DNA of 31,908 nucleotides from Desulfovibrionaceae bacterium (GTDB lineage Bacteria; Desulfobacterota; Desulfovibrionia; Desulfovibrionales; Desulfovibrionaceae): NCBI GenBank assembly GCA_017613475.1, contig JAGADT010000157.1, positions 1 to 31,908 of the forward strand, read 5' to 3'. Shown piece by piece: positions 1 to 5,058 of this stretch (position 1 is its first letter; each line of letters starts with the position of its first letter). The notes under the pieces were generated by a model. It saw only the letters and a program-made list of their open reading frames with translations, ran no database searches and was not told where the DNA came from. The position numbers and the translations under genes were made by a program.

Positions 1-741
1 CGAGCTGATGCCGGTGATGTTCTAGCTATAGCAATCATTGGCGCTGCATACAACTTTGGTGAAGGTGTTCGTCAGGACTATCACAAGGCTAATGAATACT
101 ACCTGAAAGCTATCAATCATCCTGAATGGAATACGATACCCGCAAATGTACGTGGTGAGGTCTACTATAATTTAGGAGTTAGTTATGACCAAGGCCAAGG
201 TGTCAGGCAGGATTACCACAAAGCTGTTGAATACTGGCGTAAAGCAGCAGATTTAGGGTACGCAGGAGCTATGTACAACCTTGGCGTGGCATACGATGAA
301 GGTTCTGGCGTCAGACAGGATTACCGCAACGCTAAGGAATATTACCGCAAAGCAGCAGACTTAGGATATGCACAAGCCATGTACAACCTTGGCGTCTGCT
401 ATGAAAGAGGCCAGGGCGTCAGACAGGACTACCGCAAGGCTGTGGAATATTACCGCAAAGCAGCAGACTTAGGGGTTGCACAAGCCATGTTCAATCTGGG
501 AGTGATGTACTATAAAGGCCAAGGCGTTAGGCAAGACTACCGCAAGGCTGTGGAATACTGGCGTAAAGCAGCAGACTTAGGGGTTGCACAAGCCATGTTC
601 AACCTTGGCGTCTGCTATGAAAGAGGCCAGGGCGTCAGACAGGACAAGCGCAAGGCTAAGGAATATTATGGCATGGCTTGTGACCATGGAGAACAGAAAG
701 GCTGCGACGAATACCGTGATCTAAACGAAAAAGGCTACTGA
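1..741 (+). CDS. Sel1-like repeat (SLR) protein, 5'-truncated by the window edge; 6 SLR units visible
   Basis: Frame 1 is open from base 1 (RADAGDVLAIAIIGAAYNFGEGVRQDYHKA...) and in frame with the track ORF 271..741. It has 36-aa repeats AQAMxNLGVxYxxGQGVRQDYRKAVEYxRKAADLG and a C-terminal ACDHGEQKGC cap. Alignment to the paralogue at 923 implies about 30 missing N-terminal codons. Confidence 0.95.
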   Translation, partial: RADAGDVLAIAIIGAAYNFGEGVRQDYHKANEYYLKAINHPEWNTIPANVRGEVYYNLGVSYDQGQGVRQDYHKAVEYWRKAADLGYAGAMYNLGVAYDEGSGVRQDYRNAKEYYRKAADLGYAQAMYNLGVCYERGQGVRQDYRKAVEYYRKAADLGVAQAMFNLGVMYYKGQGVRQDYRKAVEYWRKAADLGVAQAMFNLGVCYERGQGVRQDKRKAKEYYGMACDHGEQKGCDEYRDLNEKGY

Positions 742-767
742 TCCACCTGCCATAGCTTGACATGTAT

Positions 768-797
768 GCCCCTCCACCTTGAGAGGGGCTTTCTTTT
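768..797 (+). terminator. Intrinsic terminator after Sel1 gene 1
   Basis: GCCCCTC(768-774) pairs with GAGGGGC(783-789), followed by TTTCTTTT. Confidence 0.8.
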
Positions 798-922
798 GCC
801 TTATGCCCTCCTTCCCCCAATGTTATGCCCTTGCCTTTGCCTATGATCCGCATATACTCTGGTTAGGTTCCAGAATCCCTTGATATTCATAGGTTATAAG
901 CCATATTCCTTAGGAGTTATCC

Positions 923-1429
923 ATGAAACGAATTATCTCCTTCCTTGTCTGTGCCTTACTTATCCTTAGTTCTTCAGTAACTTTTGCTTATGACATAGCT
1001 GACTTACAAAGAAGAGCCAATACAGGTGATGTTGAGGCTTTAACTGACCTTGGCTATGCATATGGCTTTGGTGATGGTATTTCTCAGGACAATCACAAGG
1101 CTAATGTATACTGGCTAAAGGCTGTCAGCCATCCTGAATGGTATACGGTATCCGCAGGTATACGGGGTAAGGTCTACTCTAATTTAGGGTGTAGTTATCA
1201 CGAAGGCAGAGGCGTCAGGCAGGACTACCACAAGGCTGTGGAATACTTCCGCAAAGCAGTAGACTTAGGGAATGCACCAGCCATGGTGCATCTGGGCGTG
1301 ATGTACGGATTAGGTCAAGGAGTGAGGCAGGATTACCGCAAGGCTAAGGAATATTTTGGCATGGCGTGTGACCATGGAGAGCAAGAGGGTTGCGATTTGT
1401 ACCGTAAGTATAACGAAGCAGGTTTTTGA
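923..1429 (+). CDS. Secreted Sel1-like repeat protein (3 SLR units), paralogue of the upstream gene
   Basis: AGGAG SD at 912-916; signal-peptide-like N-terminus MKRIISFLVCALLILSSSVTFA; SLR motifs; ACDHGEQEGC cap. Confidence 0.95.
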   Translation: MKRIISFLVCALLILSSSVTFAYDIADLQRRANTGDVEALTDLGYAYGFGDGISQDNHKANVYWLKAVSHPEWYTVSAGIRGKVYSNLGCSYHEGRGVRQDYHKAVEYFRKAVDLGNAPAMVHLGVMYGLGQGVRQDYRKAKEYFGMACDHGEQEGCDLYRKYNEAGF

Positions 1430-1454
1430 TCCACCTGTTACGAATTGAATCCAT

Positions 1455-1484
1455 GCCCCTCCAATTTGAGAGGGGCTTTCTTTT
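1455..1484 (+). terminator. Intrinsic terminator after Sel1 gene 2 (duplicate of 768-797)
   Basis: GCCCCTC(1455-1461) pairs with GAGGGGC(1470-1476), followed by TTTCTTTT; same stem as the first copy. Confidence 0.8.
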
Positions 1485-1618
1485 GCCTTATGTCTCAATC
1501 ATCCCCCCAAAACTATACTCAGATTCTTCATAATCTTTTACGGGGACAAAGAGCTGCTGGACTGCCTCTTATCCAGGATACCCCCCAGCCTTTCCTCACT
1601 TTAAAAGGCACTGCCCTT

Positions 1619-1657
1619 AAAAAGCAAAACGGGAACCGAAACACATCGGCTCCCGTT
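1619..1657 (-). terminator. Minus-strand intrinsic terminator (candidate end of antisense RNA 1)
   Basis: Minus strand reads AACGGGAGCCGA-TGTGTT-TCGGTTCCCGTT then TTGCTTTTT. The single mismatch is a G-U wobble only on the minus strand. Confidence 0.65.
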
Positions 1658-1696
1658 CTTTGCCATTGCCATTTCCCTGCGAGGCTTTGGACAAAC

Positions 1697-1733
1697 CCTC
1701 AATTGCCTTCCGCAGGGAATATGCGTATGGTCC
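1697..1733 (+). promoter_or_regulatory. Sigma70-type promoter, copy 1 of a 37-bp direct repeat
   Basis: TTGCCT(1703-1708)-17 bp-TATGGT(1726-1731); 35/37 identical to 2970-3006. Confidence 0.7.
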
Positions 1734-1803
1734 CCACCTGTACGGCTGCCCTCTTTGTCTCTTCACGCCGGCACGGCGCAAACAGTAACGGGAGGGCTCA
1801 GCC

Positions 1804-1875
1804 ATGCGGAGATGTATTTTCACTCTGCTGATCGCAGCGGTCCTGGTTCTGTTGTTCGCCATTAAGGCTAACTAA
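1804..1875 (+). CDS. 23-aa hydrophobic peptide MRRCIFTLLIAAVLVLLFAIKAN, putative type I toxin
   Basis: GGAGGG SD at 1791-1796; one uninterrupted hydrophobic segment flanked by basic residues; promoter upstream, hairpins downstream. Below the ORF-track size cutoff. Confidence 0.75.
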   Translation: MRRCIFTLLIAAVLVLLFAIKAN

Positions 1876-1878
1876 CAG

Positions 1879-1913
1879 TTGACCCCGGCCCACTCGCGAT
1901 GGGTCGGGGTCGA
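1879..1913 (+). other. 14-bp stem-loop immediately after the small-ORF stop codon
   Basis: TTGACCCCGGCCCA-CTCGCGA-TGGGTCGGGGTCGA; the two mismatches are G-U pairs on the plus strand. Confidence 0.7.
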
Positions 1914-1968
1914 TAAATAATTACCCGTTGGCAGCCGTGCACGGGGGCGTTTAACCGCGCCGTGCCAG

Positions 1969-2009
1969 CCCAGGTGCCTGTAAACGGCAGGTGCCTGGGT
2001 TCCCTTTTT
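1969..2009 (+). terminator. Probable terminator of small-peptide mRNA 1
   Basis: CCCAGGTGCCTG(1969-1980) pairs with CAGGTGCCTGGG(1988-1999) via tandem G-U pairs (plus strand only). The tail TTCCCTTTTT is interrupted. Confidence 0.6.
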
Positions 2010-2037
2010 ATATAAGCCCTTCCGCCGGGCTTGGCAA
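2009..2037 (-). promoter_or_regulatory. Candidate antisense promoter for module 1
   Basis: Minus strand TTGCCA(2037-2032)-17 bp-TATATA(2014-2009). Confidence 0.45.
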
Positions 2038-2062
2038 GCGCTGTCCCAAGGAGGTTACGCTC

Positions 2063-2101
2063 ATGGGCCACATTGCGGCTTTTAGCATTTTAGCGAAGTA
2101 A
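2063..2101 (+). CDS. 12-aa micro-ORF MGHIAAFSILAK with a consensus SD
   Basis: AAGGAGGT at 2048-2055, 7 nt before ATG; a hairpin plus T-run follows at 2131-2157. Translation is unproven. Confidence 0.3.
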   Translation: MGHIAAFSILAK

Positions 2102-2130
2102 CCCCACCCCTCATTCCCGCCGCCATAAAT

Positions 2131-2157
2131 AAGCCCTGCTTTTGCGCAGGGCTTTTT
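2131..2157. terminator. Bidirectional terminator-like hairpin downstream of hicB; copy 1 of a 27-bp direct repeat
   Basis: AAGCCCTGC-TTTTGC-GCAGGGCTT-TTT; 25/27 identical to 2863-2889. Confidence 0.75.
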
Positions 2158-2215
2158 ACTGGAGGCAAAAACCTTCGCAGGCTTTCAGAAACCGAAAGCG
2201 AATCGGTGGGAAGGG

Positions 2216-2560
2216 CTACGCATTGATAGCCTCAAGATGCTCTTTCAGCGCTTCGGTGATGAATGAATTGAGGGAAACGCCGGAAGCAACAGCAGCCAGG
2301 CTGCTGCGCCTGTATAATTCAGGGTCAAGACGCAGGGCGAACTTTCCGGCTTTCTTATAGGGCTCGATCCCCCTTGCCTGGCACTCCTCCAAAAAAACCT
2401 TCAGGGAAATCTCCCCTTCACGCTCCAGGCCGTTCAGGTCTTCGGCATAGAAATCGGCTCCGCCATTCAGTCCGACGAACTCGCCCCTGAACATGCGTAT
2501 GTCAGGGTCATAGGAAATGACGGCCTGATAGCCGCCGTCAAATTTCATGACATTTTTCAT
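2216..2560 (-). CDS. hicB: HicB-family antitoxin (partial RNase H-like fold plus C-terminal RHH-like DNA-binding region)
   Basis: MKNVMKFDGGYQAVISYDPDIRMFRGEFVGLNGGADFYA...GKFALRLDPELYRR. The start at 2560 overlaps the hicA stop (ATGA). Confidence 0.9.
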   Translation of the reverse strand: MKNVMKFDGGYQAVISYDPDIRMFRGEFVGLNGGADFYAEDLNGLEREGEISLKVFLEECQARGIEPYKKAGKFALRLDPELYRRSSLAAVASGVSLNSFITEALKEHLEAINA

Positions 2561-2811
2561 GGCTTCACCCCATGTTCCAGCAGCCACTTGCGAATGCTCG
2601 CAACGGCACCTTTATCAGTATCAGGAGAAGGATGCGGCCTGTGGAAAACCTTTACTTCGCCAAAAAGAAAGACGCAAATCCGCGAACCTTCCCTCTCCGT
2701 TATCTCCGCACCCAAATCAAGAAACAGGGCTTCCACGTCAGCCCAGCGAATGCTGCCCGAAACAGGGCGCTGGAAAATTTTGGCCAGCGTTGCCTGGCAT
2801 TTCTTTTTCAT
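2557..2811 (-). CDS. hicA: HicA-family mRNA interferase toxin
   Basis: 84 aa, IFQRPVSGSIRWADVEALF...EREGSR...FHRPHPSPDTDKGAV with the conserved His; directly upstream of hicB. Confidence 0.9.
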   Translation of the reverse strand: MKKKCQATLAKIFQRPVSGSIRWADVEALFLDLGAEITEREGSRICVFLFGEVKVFHRPHPSPDTDKGAVASIRKWLLEHGVKP

Positions 2812-2817
2812 GCAAAT

Positions 2818-2846
2818 ATAATATTAAAAAATAATATCAATATCAA
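2818..2846 (-). promoter_or_regulatory. hicAB promoter
   Basis: Minus strand TTGATA(2846-2841)-17 bp-TATTAT(2823-2818) in an AT-rich patch; overlaps the palindrome TAATATTA(2819-2826) and tandem AATATC repeats. Confidence 0.7.
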
Positions 2847-2857
2847 GCAATCCACCA

Positions 2858-2890
2858 CAAAAAAGCCCTGCTGTTACGCAGGGCTTTTTG
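2858..2890. terminator. Bidirectional terminator-like hairpin upstream of hicA; copy 2 of the 27-bp repeat
   Basis: AAAAAAGCCCTGC-TGTTAC-GCAGGGCTTTTT. Confidence 0.75.
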
Positions 2891-2969
2891 CTTGCAGGAA
2901 CCATGCCGGAGAATCATGCCGCCGAAGCGCTGCTGCCTTCCGCACTTCCCAATCAATGAGCCGGGCAAG

Positions 2970-3006
2970 CCTCAATTGTCTTCCGCAGGGAATATGTGTA
3001 TGGTCC
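2970..3006 (+). promoter_or_regulatory. Sigma70-type promoter, copy 2 of the 37-bp direct repeat
   Basis: TTGTCT(2976-2981)-17 bp-TATGGT(2999-3004). Confidence 0.7.
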
Positions 3007-3043
3007 GCTCCGTGGGCACATTCTCCGAAAGGAGGGTAAGCCC

Positions 3044-3142
3044 ATGCTGCACTTTCGTGAGGTAATGCCTCCCGGGCAGTGCTGGCCTCTTTTTTGGGCC
3101 GACTGCTGGCTGATTTGGTTAAGCGTCTGTTTGACTAAATAA
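3044..3142 (+). CDS. Small ORF of module 2, putative type I toxin, probably frameshifted
   Basis: AAAGGAGGG SD at 3028-3036 inside a GAAA-capped hairpin. In frame it gives 32 aa (MLHFREVMPPGQCWPLFWADCWLIWLSVCLTK). The alternative frame 3079-3138 gives VLASFLGRLLADLVKRLFD*, which looks more like a toxin helix. Confidence 0.5.
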   Translation: MLHFREVMPPGQCWPLFWADCWLIWLSVCLTK

Positions 3143-3146
3143 GTTC

Positions 3147-3180
3147 GCCCCGGTGAGAGGTTAGCAGCTCTCATCGGGGC
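3147..3180 (+). other. 13-bp stem-loop immediately after the module 2 stop codon
   Basis: GCCCCGGTGAGAG-GTTAGCAG-CTCTCATCGGGGC; same position and CCCCGG/CGGGG core as 1879-1913. Confidence 0.7.
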
Positions 3181-3223
3181 ATAAAGCTTTGCGAGACATT
3201 TAATCGCGGAGAACGTGCCCCAC

Positions 3224-3262
3224 GGGGCAGGGGTGTTGACGCACTCCCTGCCCCTCTTTTAT
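3224..3262 (+). terminator. Terminator of small-peptide mRNA 2
   Basis: GGGGCAGGGGTG(3224-3235) pairs with CACTCCCTGCCCC(3242-3254), followed by TCTTTTAT. Confidence 0.7.
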
Positions 3263-3286
3263 GCGCATTATTTTGCATTTCGTCAA
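3258..3286 (-). promoter_or_regulatory. Candidate antisense promoter for module 2
   Basis: Minus strand TTGACG(3286-3281)-17 bp-CATAAA(3263-3258); same position relative to the terminator as in module 1. Confidence 0.4.
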
Positions 3287-3374
3287 GGCGGCGATGCCGC
3301 TTTTACGCAACTGCATGAGCAGGGGCTTACGCAATATCCTCAGACAGGGGAGAATGTTAAAAGACGATGTCCCC

Positions 3375-4326
3375 TCAGCCTTTCTCCTCCGCGCCCCAGC
3401 GGCGGTATATCCCTGCCAGCAGCGCCCCCGAAATGTTATGCCATACGGAAAAGAGCGCCCCGGGGACCGCCGCCATGGGAAATCCGGGGAAGACCGTGCA
3501 CGCCAGGCTCGCGGCAAGCCCGGAATTCTGCATCCCAATCTCCACGGACAGGGTCTTTATCTTTTCCCTGTTCATGCCAAGGAGCCTGCCCAGGCCAAAG
3601 CCGCAGAGGTAGCCCAAAAGGTTATGCAGCACAACAACCGCCAGCACAAGCGCGCCGCACGCGCGCAGCTTCTCCGCGTTATGCGACACAATGGCCGCGA
3701 TAATCATGCAGATGGCAAGCGTGGAAACCATGGGCAGGCCCTTCACCATTTTCCGCGTGGCGCCGGCGAAAAACCTGTTAGCCAAAAACCCCAGTGCAAT
3801 TGGCACAAGGACAACATTGACAATGCCAAGGAACATACCCGCCACATCCACGCTAACGCTTGTGCGCAGCAAAAGGTAGGTTATGGCCGGCGTAAGCAGG
3901 GGGGCAAGCAGAGTGTTTACGCTCGTCATGCCAACGGAGAGGGCAACATCCCCCCTGGAAAAATAGGTGATGACATTGCTTGCCGTGCCTCCCGGGCAGG
4001 TTCCTACCAAGATGACGCCGGCCGTAAGCGCGGGATCAAGATTAAAAAGGCGGCTCAGCGCAAAGGCAAGGAGCGGCATAAGCGTAAACTGCGCGAGCGA
4101 GCCAATAAGGACATCCCGCGGGCGGGTAAAAACAACGGCGAAGTCGCCGGGCTTAACCACAAGCCCCATGCCGAACATCACGACCATCAGCAGGGGATTG
4201 ATCCATGAAGTTTTGATCCAGCGCATGGCTTCAGGCGCAAAACAGGAAAGCGCGGCAACCAGCAGCACAAATCCAGCCAATGTTCCTGCCAAAGCCCTCG
4301 CTTATCCTTTCCAGTTTCCCTGCCAC
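3375..4326 (-). CDS. Bile acid:sodium symporter (BASS/SBF) family transporter with an apparent +1 frameshift near codon 16
   Basis: The main ORF 3375..4292 has PLLMVVMFGMGL, GTCPGGTASNV and GMQNSGLA motifs. A family-typical N-terminus (GTG 4326, MAGKLERISEGFGRN) with SD AAGGGGGAG lies in another frame and joins at AAC-ATTG-GCT (4284-4275). Confidence 0.85.
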
Positions 4327-4404
4327 GAAACTCCCCCTTGCATCGCCGGCGCCTGTGACGCCGCTGCGTTTTACGGGGGGATTCAAGCCCCCCATGCAAA
4401 AAAA

Positions 4405-4878
4405 CTACGCTTTCTGGATATCCGCCACGCGGCGGCGCCCTTCCAGGACAGCCTTGAAGTCATCCAGGATATGCGCGTGGTCAAAGGCCATTTCCGGCAG
4501 CTCGGAAAGGGGGATGAAGGCTGCCCCGGCCGCGTCATCCCCGGCGCGGAGATCCTCGGGGTTCTCCGCCCTGGCAAGGAACACGGCAGACATGGTGTGG
4601 CGGCGCGGGTCGCGGGCAGGGTCGGAATACACCCCCAGGAGCCCCGTCAGCTCCACACGCAGCGCCGTTTCCTCAAAGGCTTCGCGCACGGCGGCTTCCT
4701 CTACCGTTTCCCCAACCTCCACAAAGCCGCCAGGCAGGGCATAGCCATAGGGCGGGCGGCCGCGCTTGATCAGCAGCACGCCGCGCGCCTCTTCATACAC
4801 AACCACATCCACCGTCGGCGCAGGATTCTGCCATACCTTCACCGCTTTTCCGCAGGACGGGCACGTTAAAAAATCCAT
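4405..4878 (-). CDS. Nudix hydrolase (ADP-ribose pyrophosphatase-like, N-terminal CPxCG)
   Basis: Nudix box GFVEVGETVEEAAVREAFEETAL; SD AAGGAGG before the ATG at 4878. Confidence 0.92.
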   Translation of the reverse strand: MDFLTCPSCGKAVKVWQNPAPTVDVVVYEEARGVLLIKRGRPPYGYALPGGFVEVGETVEEAAVREAFEETALRVELTGLLGVYSDPARDPRRHTMSAVFLARAENPEDLRAGDDAAGAAFIPLSELPEMAFDHAHILDDFKAVLEGRRRVADIQKA

Positions 4879-5058
4879 AGTCTGCCTCCTTATCCCAATT
4901 TTGCCCAAGAATCCTCCGCCGGCAGGGGATTGTCAACCAAAACCCGTTCCAATGGCCGCCTGACCCAGGCCAAATGCCTTTGGAGGCTATTGACAAGCAA
5001 AGTCAAAAGCGAATAAAAAAAATCGTTTACCCAAAATTTATAAGCTGGAGGCAACAGC

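Noticed and set aside
1-741. Regular 108-bp repeats suggestive of a CRISPR or repeat array
   Set aside because: They are in-frame Sel1 coding units with no unique spacers and no cas genes.
795-845. Short degenerate TTGCCT/TTATGCCCT repeats after Sel1 gene 1
   Set aside because: Irregular spacing and low complexity; no function can be supported.
1617-1862. Minus-strand 81-aa ORF sharing GPYxYSLRKxIE with the minus-strand ORF 2953..3174
   Set aside because: The shared peptide is just the reverse translation of the 37-bp promoter repeat; there is no SD and the rest of the two ORFs is unrelated.
1500-3300. Prophage, IS or integron origin for the TA island
   Set aside because: No integrase, transposase, terminal inverted repeats, attC-like sites or tRNA target are visible in the window.
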